Part shown: positions 10,395 through 18,618 of the stretch, in pieces
How the letters are laid out: each line of letters begins with the position of its first letter
How positions within the stretch are numbered: the stretch's first letter is position 1
Assembly (NCBI GenBank): GCA_020073325.1
Contig: JAIQFJ010000001.1
Location: 1 to 53,942 of the forward strand
Length of the DNA stretch: 53,942 nt
DNA from: Terriglobia bacterium
Lineage (GTDB): Bacteria; Acidobacteriota; Terriglobia; Bryobacterales; Bryobacteraceae
Direction: 5' to 3'
Notes under the pieces: generated by a model
What the model was told of the DNA's origin: nothing
The model's database searches: none
What the model saw: only the letters and a program-made list of their open reading frames with translations
Position numbers and translations under genes: made by a program

Positions 10395-11977
10395 TGCGAA
10401 CTCGCGACGGAGGACACGCCGATCTGGTTGGTGAGATCGACCGCCACGCGCACGACGTTGCTCGCGTTGCCTTGCACGGTGAACGGGACCGTCAGCGTGA
10501 ACTGTCCGCCGGTGGCGATCGAGGCGGAGTTGCCGAACCACTGCGCGAACGCCGCGCTTAGCGGCACGGTGAGGTTGGTCTGCGCAAGCGTCGCGCCACC
10601 GCCGGCGGTGAAGCTGAAAACGCCGCTCGACACCTCGCGCGTCGAGGTATAACCGGTGACGACGGCGGTGAGCGCTCCGTTGGACTGCGACAGCGTGACT
10701 GCGGAGATCACCGGCGTGGTCCGCGGCGTCGTGACGGTCGCGGTGGTCGACTCGTCGGCGGAGGACGCGGTGATCGTGATCGTTCCGGCGACCGTGCCGG
10801 TGAGCACGGCGACGCTCGATTTGCCGGAAAAGCTTGCCTGCGTCGATCCGGCGGGAATCGTGAAACTCACGCTGCGTCCGCCGGTGCCGAACTGGATGGT
10901 CTGATCGTCGCCCGAAGACGCGGAGGCGAAAGCGAGCGTGGCGGTGCCGGTAATGTCGGAGGTGAACGGGCTCGCGACCGAGATGGTCATGGCAAGCTGC
11001 TGACCCAGCGTCGAAGTGGAGGGAAGGCCGCTGATCGAAAGCGCCGGGATGCTCGCGTGGCTGATGAGCCTTGGCGCGGCGGGCTCGGCCTTCGCCACGG
11101 GGATCACCAGAATGCGCGCGCCGGCGGGATCGTACATCTTGACGAGTCCAGAGGCCGGGCTGGTGAGCCGGAATCCGGAATTGCCGAGCGGGAAAACTCC
11201 TTCCGGCGTGCAATCGCAATCGAGGATGGCGAGCGAGCCTTGCGAAGAATTGATTCCGTAGATCACGCCGCTTGCGTCGGCAACCGCGACGTTGCGGTTG
11301 TCCGGTGACACCGCCAGCGCGACCGGCGCCAGCGAGCCTTCATGCAGCGAAGTGATTTGCGGGTTGCCGGCGATGTCGCGAAGAGTGAAAATACGCGCGT
11401 TCGTGGCGAGCAGCAGATCGGATCCGCCCGCGAAAAACGAAAGCGCCGCGACGGAGTTATCAGCCGGAAGGGCGATCGGCGAAGTATCGGCGGCGAAGGC
11501 GTAGACGCCCCGATCGAAAACTCCGGCGATCCATCCGGTATCTCCTGCGGCGATTGTCCGCGCGGCTCCGAGAAACGATGCATCGATTTCGCGCACGGCG
11601 GGCGTTGACGGAAGTCCGCTGACGATTTGCGCGTGACCCGTGGATGAAAACCACAGCGCGGCCGCGGAGCCGCTCGGACTGATCGCGATTCGATCGGGCG
11701 CGGCCGTCGCGCCCGTGATCGGCGTGGCGCGCTGGCCGTCGACGATGAGCAGAACCTCGGCGTTGACCGCGTCGGTCGCGATGGCGTAGTCCTGTTGCGG
11801 AGAGATGACGATGGTCGAGAGACGGCGCCCCGCGAGGATCGGTCTTCCCGCCATGGCCGCCGCGGGAATTCCGATGATCGGGCGCAGATGTTCGCCATCG
11901 GGAAGCAGGCCGAGTCGCGGCGCGCCGATTTGCGCGAACGCGGCGCACGAAGCGAGAAGCGCGAGCAGCGGGCGCAT
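10391..11977 (-). CDS. Secreted protein with a beta-propeller-like N-terminal half and Ig-like C-terminal repeats; function unknown
   Basis: Signal peptide MRPLLALLASCAAFAQ. YVTN-like segments (SPDNRNVAVADASGVIYGIN). Thr/Ser-rich beta-sandwich-like C-terminal half. 1-nt overlap with the upstream gene. Confidence 0.7.
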   Translation of the reverse strand: MRPLLALLASCAAFAQIGAPRLGLLPDGEHLRPIIGIPAAAMAGRPILAGRRLSTIVISPQQDYAIATDAVNAEVLLIVDGQRATPITGATAAPDRIAISPSGSAAALWFSSTGHAQIVSGLPSTPAVREIDASFLGAARTIAAGDTGWIAGVFDRGVYAFAADTSPIALPADNSVAALSFFAGGSDLLLATNARIFTLRDIAGNPQITSLHEGSLAPVALAVSPDNRNVAVADASGVIYGINSSQGSLAILDCDCTPEGVFPLGNSGFRLTSPASGLVKMYDPAGARILVIPVAKAEPAAPRLISHASIPALSISGLPSTSTLGQQLAMTISVASPFTSDITGTATLAFASASSGDDQTIQFGTGGRSVSFTIPAGSTQASFSGKSSVAVLTGTVAGTITITASSADESTTATVTTPRTTPVISAVTLSQSNGALTAVVTGYTSTREVSSGVFSFTAGGGATLAQTNLTVPLSAAFAQWFGNSASIATGGQFTLTVPFTVQGNASNVVRVAVDLTNQIGVSSVASSQ

Positions 11978-12534
11978 TAGTGCGGGCCTCCCACGGTCGG
12001 GGTGCCGGCGGTGATCACGATGGGCGCGGCCGAAGAAGCGCTGCCCGATCCTCCGCGCGTCGCCACGATCGCTCCGATGGCGGCCGCGGCAGCGCCCGCG
12101 CCAAGCAGGATCCAGATCTTTTTAGAGGAACCGCCGCCGGAAGTCGAGATGCCGGCGACGTTGGTCTGAGTGATGATCGCCGACGTGGTCTGTCCCTTAT
12201 ACGACGCGATGACGCGGATCTCGAATTTTCCCTGCTGCTTGTTGTAGCGGATGCCGCGCGCGGCGGCGCGTCCATCGCCACCGGTCGCCGCGGTGATTGT
12301 GTTGGTGCCGTTCGCGAAAACTCCGCCGGGTCCCGGGGACGGAAGAAAAAATGTAACGGACGCGCCTTCCACGGGCGCGTTGGCCGAATCGCGAACCTCG
12401 ATCACAGGCTCGCGCGTGACGGGCTGGTTGATGTTGTTGACCGCGTCCTGCCCTTCGACGACAACGATCTTCAGAGTCGATTCCTGGGCGTGGAGAAGTG
12501 TGGCGAGAAGAAAAAAGATCAGAACGAAGCGCAC
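11977..12534 (-). CDS. Secreted Ig-like (Big_1/invasin-like) protein with a C-terminal TM anchor
   Basis: Signal peptide MRFVLIFFLLATLLHAQ. PVEGASVTFFLPS...GDGRAAARG pattern. KKIWILLGAGAAAAAIGAIVA anchor. Confidence 0.65.
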   Translation of the reverse strand: MRFVLIFFLLATLLHAQESTLKIVVVEGQDAVNNINQPVTREPVIEVRDSANAPVEGASVTFFLPSPGPGGVFANGTNTITAATGGDGRAAARGIRYNKQQGKFEIRVIASYKGQTTSAIITQTNVAGISTSGGGSSKKIWILLGAGAAAAAIGAIVATRGGSGSASSAAPIVITAGTPTVGGPH

Positions 12535-12587
12535 GACGATTCTACGGTATCACGCGGCGGCATGGCTCCGGCCCCACATTTGCGAAA

Positions 12588-14135
12588 ATGAAAGTCTCCA
12601 AAATGCTTCGCTACGCCGCGGTCGATATCGGAAGTAATTCAACGCGGATGCTCGCGGCGGAGGTGATTCCGGGTCAGCCGCCGGAAGTGCTGGCAGCGGA
12701 GCGCGAGGTGACGCGGCTCGGCGCGAGCGTGTTTCACGACGGAAGATTGAGCAACGAAGCCATCGACCAGACCGTTCGCGTGCTGGCTCGCATGGCCGCG
12801 ACGTTTCGCCGGTTCGATCCCGCGGGAGTGCGCGCGGTGGCCACCAGCGCGGTTCGCGACGCTTCGAACCAGGGCGAATTTCTGGCGCGCGCGTCGAATG
12901 CGCTGGGCACGCAGGTGGAAATTATCACGGGGCGCGAAGAGGCGCGGCTGATTCATCAAGGCGTGATGAGCCGCTGGCCGCAACCGGCCAAGCGCGCTCT
13001 GATCGTCGACATCGGCGGCGGCAGTGGCGAAATCATCGCAAGCGAGGACGGTCATTTCATCGACGCGGTGTCCAAGCCGGTGGGTGCGGTGCGGCTGCAG
13101 GAGATGTTTCTGCATGGCGACCCTCCCGCGGCGCGAGAGCTGCATCAACTGACGGAATTTGTCGACGCGAAGATCGAGGGAGCCGTGGCGCGGATGGGCC
13201 TGCGCTTCGATCGCGTCATCGCGACCTCGGCAACGGCGGCCGCCGTGGTGTGCGCGGTGAATCGCGTGTCGCGCTCCCGGCGCGACCAGGCGGACCGGCT
13301 GCGCGCGTCGACGGCGCAGATCCGGAAATTGCATCAGAAGCTGGCGTCGCTCGATCTCAACGGGCGCCGCAAGGTGGCGGGAATCGGCCCGCGGCGCGCC
13401 GAAATTATCGTGGCGGGCGCGGGCGCGCTCCTGCGGATTCTGGAACGGTTCCATGCGCCGGCGGTGTACTATTCAGCGGCCGGAGTGCGCGACGGAATCA
13501 TCGCCGACATGGCCTCGCGCGGCGTCGGCGGAGAGCGCGCCCGCCTCAATCGCGATCAGCGCGAAGAAGTGGAGCGCGTGGCGACGCGCTTCGGCGTGAT
13601 CCTCAAACGGGCGCGCCGCGTGGCGCGGTTCACGCAAGTGCTCTACACCCGGCTGCAGCCGCTGCATCAGCTCGCGCTGAATTATGGAAAGCTGCTGGAG
13701 GCGGCCGCGTACTTCGCCGAAACCGGGCACTACGTGAACGATTCCGGCCATCACAAACATTCTTATTACATCGTGTCGAACGTCGATTTTTCGGGATTCG
13801 AAAATCGCGAGCGCGAGTTCATCGCGAATCTGTGCCGCTATCATCGCAAGGCAATGCCGTCGGCGGCGCATCCCGAATATCAGGCGCTGGCGCCGGAGGA
13901 CCGGCGGCCGCTGCTGCTGCTGATTCCGGTCTTAAGGCTGGCCGACAACCTGGCGCGTGCTCCGGAGCAGGACGAAGTGGAAATCGTGGGCTGCGAAATT
14001 CAATCGTCGAAAGTGCTGGTGAAGCTGCGCGCGCCGCGCGAGCCGGATCTGGCCGAATGGGCGGCGTCGCGAGTGTCCGACGTGTTCGACGAGGTCTACG
14101 GGAAGTCCGTCGTGGTCTCACACGAGCGCGGCTAG
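12588..14135 (+). CDS. ppx: Exopolyphosphatase / guanosine pentaphosphate phosphohydrolase (Ppx/GppA family)
   Basis: YAAVDIGSNSTRMLAAEV and LIVDIGGGSGEI ASKHA motifs. C-terminal HD-like region. The start is trimmed because the track start 12498 overlaps the divergent gene. Alternative ATG at 12603. Confidence 0.88.
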   Translation: MKVSKMLRYAAVDIGSNSTRMLAAEVIPGQPPEVLAAEREVTRLGASVFHDGRLSNEAIDQTVRVLARMAATFRRFDPAGVRAVATSAVRDASNQGEFLARASNALGTQVEIITGREEARLIHQGVMSRWPQPAKRALIVDIGGGSGEIIASEDGHFIDAVSKPVGAVRLQEMFLHGDPPAARELHQLTEFVDAKIEGAVARMGLRFDRVIATSATAAAVVCAVNRVSRSRRDQADRLRASTAQIRKLHQKLASLDLNGRRKVAGIGPRRAEIIVAGAGALLRILERFHAPAVYYSAAGVRDGIIADMASRGVGGERARLNRDQREEVERVATRFGVILKRARRVARFTQVLYTRLQPLHQLALNYGKLLEAAAYFAETGHYVNDSGHHKHSYYIVSNVDFSGFENREREFIANLCRYHRKAMPSAAHPEYQALAPEDRRPLLLLIPVLRLADNLARAPEQDEVEIVGCEIQSSKVLVKLRAPREPDLAEWAASRVSDVFDEVYGKSVVVSHERG

Positions 14136-14142
14136 CGGTTCG

Positions 14143-14817
14143 TCATTCGGCGGCTTGCATTTTGGGCAGTTGGGTCAGGCCGGTTGACAGCGCGAGCTGC
14201 GTGAGTCCGGCGACATTGTTCACGCCGAGCTTCTTCATCATCGTCTTGCGATAGCTGCGCACCGTCTGTTCGCGCAGATCGAGGATCACGGCGATTTCCT
14301 TACTGGTCTTCCCGTCGGCCACCAGCCGCAATACCTGCAACTCGCGCGGAGACAGCACGTCGAGCGCCGACGATGCCTGGCGCGATTCCAGGTCGCCTTT
14401 CTGGATGCGCGATAGGAGCCGGTCGGAAACCTGGGGACTGAGATAAGCGCCCCCGCGCGCCACCATGCGCAGCGCTTCCAGCAGATCCGAATCCGACGCT
14501 TTTTTCAGAATGAACGCCCGCGCCCCGCTGCGAATCGCGCCGACCACGTGATTTTCGTCGTCATACATCGAAAGAATCACGATTTTGCAATCCGGATGAA
14601 AACGCAGAATTTCCACCGTCGTTTCGACGCCGTTCAGCCCGGGCAGGCCGATGTCCATCAACACCACGTCCGGACGATGCAGTTTGACGAACTGCACGGC
14701 GTCGGGACCGCTCTCGGCTTCGCCCACCACGCGGAATTCTTCCCCGCGGCTGAGGATCGCCTTGATGCCGTCCCGCATGATCTTGTGATCATCGACCAGG
14801 AGGACGCCAAATTGCAT
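14143..14817 (-). CDS. NarL/FixJ (LuxR-type) response regulator
   Basis: LLVDDH and VVLMDIGLPGLNG receiver motifs. C-terminal LSPRELQVLRLVADGKTSKEIA HTH. Confidence 0.92.
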   Translation of the reverse strand: MQFGVLLVDDHKIMRDGIKAILSRGEEFRVVGEAESGPDAVQFVKLHRPDVVLMDIGLPGLNGVETTVEILRFHPDCKIVILSMYDDENHVVGAIRSGARAFILKKASDSDLLEALRMVARGGAYLSPQVSDRLLSRIQKGDLESRQASSALDVLSPRELQVLRLVADGKTSKEIAVILDLREQTVRSYRKTMMKKLGVNNVAGLTQLALSTGLTQLPKMQAAE

Positions 14818-14854
14818 GAATGGACAATTGTACTAAGAAATTGAGCGCCAGGAG

Positions 14855-15061
14855 TCAAATTTTAGCGGGCGGCTCCAATAATTCCTGACTTACCGCGCGC
14901 ACCCGGTCGATGGCCTGGTCCAGCACCTCGGTCACCTGCGCCACCAGGTCCGCGGTCTCGGGAAAATCCATTTTGATGAGCTGAAGACGCAGGCCCGCCG
15001 CGGAGAGCAGCGGTCCTACATCGTCGTGCAGGATTTTTCCGGCGCGTTCCAGCTTGTCCAT
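14855..15061 (-). CDS. Stand-alone HisKA_3-like DHp (H-box) mini-protein with no sensor or ATPase domain
   Basis: 68 aa. LERAGKILHDDVGPLLSAAGLRLQLI...RVRAVSQELLEPP fits the ER..IA.ELHD..GQ.L...R....LRP pattern. Its ATG overlaps the transketolase-C stop (TAATG). Confidence 0.55.
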   Translation of the reverse strand: MDKLERAGKILHDDVGPLLSAAGLRLQLIKMDFPETADLVAQVTEVLDQAIDRVRAVSQELLEPPAKI

Positions 15062-16026
15062 TAACGCTTGCGCTTCAGCGCGCGCCGCGCCGCATCGGCG
15101 ACGTTTTTCGCGCGTAAACCGTACTTGTCGAGCAGTTCATCGGGCGCTCCCGATTCGGCGTACGTATTGTCGATGCCGACGAATTCCATCGCCGCCGGAT
15201 GCGTCTCGGCCACCACCTGCGCCACCCGCACGCCCAGCCCGGAATCGAGCAGATGCTCTTCGGCGACCACGATCGCTCCGGTTTCCTTCGCCGCGCGCGC
15301 GATGGCGTCGCGATCGATCGGCTTCACCGTGTGGATATCGATCACGCGCGCCGAGATCCCGTCGTCCTCCAGCAGCTCCGCCGCCCGGATCGACTCGGCC
15401 ACCAGCAGGCCCGTCGCGATCAGCGTCACGTCGCTGCCTTCCACCAGTTCAATCGACTTGCCGATCGTGAATTGCTGATCGGCGGGATAAACCACCGTCG
15501 CTTTGGCGCGTCCGGCGCGGATGAAAACCGGGCCGATGTACGCCGCGGCAGCCTTCACCAGCGCCTTCATCGAAACCTCGTCCGCCGGGCACAGCACGAC
15601 GAAGCCGGCCAGCGAGCAGGCCAGGCTCAGGTCCTCGATACTCATCTGCGACGGACCGTCTTCGCCGATCGAAATGCCGCTATGCGTGCCGACCGCTTTG
15701 AGATTCACGTTCGGAAACGCGGCGGTGACGCGCAGTTGCTCGAAACCTTTGTTCAAAACGAAGGCGGAGAAACTCGACACGAAGGGAATTTTTCCGCTCG
15801 ACGCCAGTCCGCTGCCGATGGCCACCATGTTCGATTCCGCGATCCCGCACTGGAAAAACCGTTCCGGAAATTTCTTGCCGAACTCCGCGGTGTAGGTCGA
15901 CTTGGAAAGATCCGCGTCGAGCACAACCACGTTCTGATCGGCTTCGCCTAACTCCACCAGCGCCTTGCCGAAGGCTTCGCGCGTCGCGGCGCCGAGTTTC
16001 AGTTCGCGTTTGGTTTTGGCGGTCAT
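15061..16026 (-). CDS. tkt: Transketolase, C-terminal subunit (pyrimidine-binding plus C-terminal domains)
   Basis: REAFGKALVELG, FFQCGIAESNMV and GPSQMSIEDL motifs. Directly follows the N-terminal subunit gene. Confidence 0.92.
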   Translation of the reverse strand: MTAKTKRELKLGAATREAFGKALVELGEADQNVVVLDADLSKSTYTAEFGKKFPERFFQCGIAESNMVAIGSGLASSGKIPFVSSFSAFVLNKGFEQLRVTAAFPNVNLKAVGTHSGISIGEDGPSQMSIEDLSLACSLAGFVVLCPADEVSMKALVKAAAAYIGPVFIRAGRAKATVVYPADQQFTIGKSIELVEGSDVTLIATGLLVAESIRAAELLEDDGISARVIDIHTVKPIDRDAIARAAKETGAIVVAEEHLLDSGLGVRVAQVVAETHPAAMEFVGIDNTYAESGAPDELLDKYGLRAKNVADAARRALKRKR

Positions 16027-16848
16027 TTAGGCGAGCTCCAGGAGTGCTTTGTCGGCCTCTTCGCGCGTCGGCGCGGTGCCGTGAAATTTCGGATTGTTCT
16101 CCATGAACGAAACACCCTTGCCTTTGATGGTGTGGGCGATCAGCACGGTGGGTTTGTCCTTCGTGGCCGAGGCCTCGGCGAACGCTTTTTGCAGCGCCTC
16201 GATATCGTGCCCGCGGACGCTGATCACGTGCCAACCGAACGCGCGCCACTTGTCCTCGATCGGCTCCAGCGGCATGATGTCTTTCACGAAACCGTCGAGC
16301 TGGATCTGGTTGTAGTCCACGATGGCGCACAGATTATCGAGCTGGTTGTTGCCCGCGAACATCGCGGCTTCCCAGATCTGCCCTTCCTGAATTTCGCCGT
16401 CGCCGAGGACCACGTAAGTCCGCGCCGGGCTGTGATCCAGCCTCGCCGCCAGCGCCATGCCGATGCCGACGGATAGTCCTTCGCCCAGCGATCCCGTGGA
16501 CGCTTCGAGCGCCGGAATGTAGCGCACATCGGGATGGCCCTGGTAAACCGAGCCGAGTTTTCGCAGCGTGTTCAACTGATCCTTCGGGCAGTAACCGAAT
16601 TCGGCCATCGCCGCGTACACCACCGGGCAGCAGTGGCCCTTCGAAAGCAGGAAGCGGTCGCGATCTTTCCATTTCGGGTCGGAAGGATCGTGACGCATAA
16701 CGTCGAAAAACAGGGTGACCACGATCTCGGTGACGGAAAGCGATCCCCCCGGGTGTCCCGACTTGGCCGTGGCGATCATCTCAATCGCCTCGCGACGCAA
16801 CTGCTTCGCGATACCGGCCAGTTCGGAAGGAATACTGGTTTTCGGCAT
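16027..16848 (-). CDS. tkt: Transketolase, N-terminal subunit (TPP-binding)
   Basis: SGHPGGSLS, LSKGHCCP and GDGEIQEGQIWEA motifs. 273 aa. Confidence 0.92.
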   Translation of the reverse strand: MPKTSIPSELAGIAKQLRREAIEMIATAKSGHPGGSLSVTEIVVTLFFDVMRHDPSDPKWKDRDRFLLSKGHCCPVVYAAMAEFGYCPKDQLNTLRKLGSVYQGHPDVRYIPALEASTGSLGEGLSVGIGMALAARLDHSPARTYVVLGDGEIQEGQIWEAAMFAGNNQLDNLCAIVDYNQIQLDGFVKDIMPLEPIEDKWRAFGWHVISVRGHDIEALQKAFAEASATKDKPTVLIAHTIKGKGVSFMENNPKFHGTAPTREEADKALLELA

Positions 16849-16902
16849 GACCTTTCTAATCTACCATTGCCGAAACGTTACTCCATCGCCTAACATGGGC
16901 CG

Positions 16903-18300
16903 ATGCTCGATGATCTGGCCGCCATGAAAGGCCGGTTCGGCCGCGATGCCGCGCGGCGCACTGTGGATCTGCTGGAGCGCGCCCGGCGGAAGCGCTTTCG
17001 CGACCCGGCCGAGCTGATCCGGCTGCACGAGACCGTCCTGTATTTGCGCGCCTATCCGCAGAGCGCGCGCGTCGTGCGCCTTGCCGACGCGATTCTGTTT
17101 GCCTTCGCGGACCGGCTGCGCGGCGTGGATCGCGACGCGTTCGAAGATCCTGAAATTTCCGGCATCGCCGGAACCGGAATTTCGACCTCCTTCAGTTACG
17201 ATGTCGCCCGGCGCCTCGCCTCGCGATATCCGGTCGCGATCGATTGGGAAAATTACGAGCACGCCGATCGTTTGGGATCGGTGCTCGGCAAACTGATTCC
17301 GCTGGCGCAAGAGTACGCAGCGGTGGAGCCCCATGTCGATTGGCGCTACTGGTTCGACCGCGCCCGCGGAAATTTGAAGTGGCTGCTGGAGCGCGTCGAT
17401 CGCTCGACTTACGATCTGCTGGAAATTCCGCTGCGCTGGGAGATCGGCGATTCGACGGCATCGCGGTCGCGCACCCGCATCGCGCGGCGCGAGATGTTTT
17501 ATCACGACGGCCCGTTTCTCAAGCGTAGCGACATTTCGCTGGAACGCGAGTTTGCCGCGCCGAAGATTCCGTTCAAGCGGATCGCACGCCCGCGCAAGAT
17601 CCTGGACGTGATTCTCGACACCTCGGCGGTACGGTATCGCGAGTTGTGGGGCTTCACCTACCCGGACGCGGCGCACGTCTATCACGCCGGCTTCGGACGC
17701 GGCGTCGATTTCTATTTCTTCGGCGTCCCGCGTGAATGGCGCCTGCCGCTGCGCGCCTATCATGGCGCCATGTTTTTCAAGAACGGCGTCCCGATCGGAT
17801 ATTTCGAAGGACTCTCCCTGTTCGAGCGCATGGAGGCCGGCTTCAATCTGTACTACACCTTCCGCGAAGGCGAAACAGCGTGGCTGTATGCGAAGATTCT
17901 CAAAATCTTTCGCGAGCATCTGGGCGTGACGTGCTACTCGATCGACCCGTATCAATTGGGACATGAGAACGAAGAGGCGATCGACTCAGGCGCATTCTGG
18001 TTCTATCGCAAGCTCGGGTTCAGGACGACTTCGCCGGAACTGCGCCCGCTGATCGCGCGCGAAGAATCGCGCCTCGCGGCCAATCGCGAATATCGCACGC
18101 CGGCGGCGACGCTGCGCAAGCTCGCCACGGCTCCCATGATCTGGGGAGGCGGTGAAGAATGGGACCGCTTCGATCTGCGAGATCTGCCGCTGTTTCCCCA
18201 GGTCGCCTCCGGCAAGGACGCTCCGGAAGAGCGGACCTACCTCCGCCGGATGCAGAAGAATCGCCGCGTGCCTCGGCAGACACAACAACCGCGCCCGTGA
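16903..18300 (+). CDS. Conserved-looking hypothetical protein with a GNAT-like C-terminal region
   Basis: 465-aa ORF with balanced composition. The antisense ORF 16861-17964 is Arg/Ala/Gln-rich shadow. The C-terminal GVPIGYFE...EEAIDSGAFWFYRKLGFR resembles the end of an acyl-CoA N-acyltransferase fold. Confidence 0.6.
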   Translation: MLDDLAAMKGRFGRDAARRTVDLLERARRKRFRDPAELIRLHETVLYLRAYPQSARVVRLADAILFAFADRLRGVDRDAFEDPEISGIAGTGISTSFSYDVARRLASRYPVAIDWENYEHADRLGSVLGKLIPLAQEYAAVEPHVDWRYWFDRARGNLKWLLERVDRSTYDLLEIPLRWEIGDSTASRSRTRIARREMFYHDGPFLKRSDISLEREFAAPKIPFKRIARPRKILDVILDTSAVRYRELWGFTYPDAAHVYHAGFGRGVDFYFFGVPREWRLPLRAYHGAMFFKNGVPIGYFEGLSLFERMEAGFNLYYTFREGETAWLYAKILKIFREHLGVTCYSIDPYQLGHENEEAIDSGAFWFYRKLGFRTTSPELRPLIAREESRLAANREYRTPAATLRKLATAPMIWGGGEEWDRFDLRDLPLFPQVASGKDAPEERTYLRRMQKNRRVPRQTQQPRP

Positions 18301-18338
18301 CGGGCGGGGTTCGAAACGAGGAGGCTCGCGCTCCTTCA

Positions 18339-18452
18339 GAGCCTGTGTGAAAACTGAATGTTCGCCGCTTCCTGCGCATCCTGCTGAATCAGCGGTTTTA
18401 ATGAACCGCGACCGCAGGAAGCGGCCGGCGCCGGTCATTTTCACACAGCCTC
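18339..18452. repeat. Family-A nested palindromic element, second full copy (left inner arm shortened)
   Basis: GAGCCTGTGTGAAAACTGAATGTTCGCCGCTTCCTGCG...CGCAGGAAGCGGCCGGCGCCGGTCATTTTCACACAGCCTC. Near-identical arms to 6600-6730. Confidence 0.9.
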
Positions 18453-18521
18453 GTCAAGGCGGGGCTCAGCGCTCAGGCGCGACGTGCTGCTCATCTGGTG
18501 CCTCGCACGGCGGCCCTGAGC

Positions 18522-18536
18522 TTTTCACACAGACTC
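18522..18536. repeat. Family-A repeat, solo terminal arm
   Basis: TTTTCACACAGACTC followed by GTGAGGCGGGG, as at the other copies. Confidence 0.7.
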
Positions 18537-18618
18537 GTGAGGCGGGGTTCCTCCGCGACCGAGATTTAGCGCACGACTCTCGTGCGCCCGTCCCCTGCCC
18601 TGCGGCTAACATAGAAGT

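Noticed and set aside
9954-11219. 421-aa ORF merging the TolB-N-like gene with upstream sequence
   Set aside because: Upstream of MKPTVSG the translation is Arg/His-rich nonsense overlapping the real 528-aa gene in another frame. ATG 10394 gives a signal-anchor start and an ATGA overlap.
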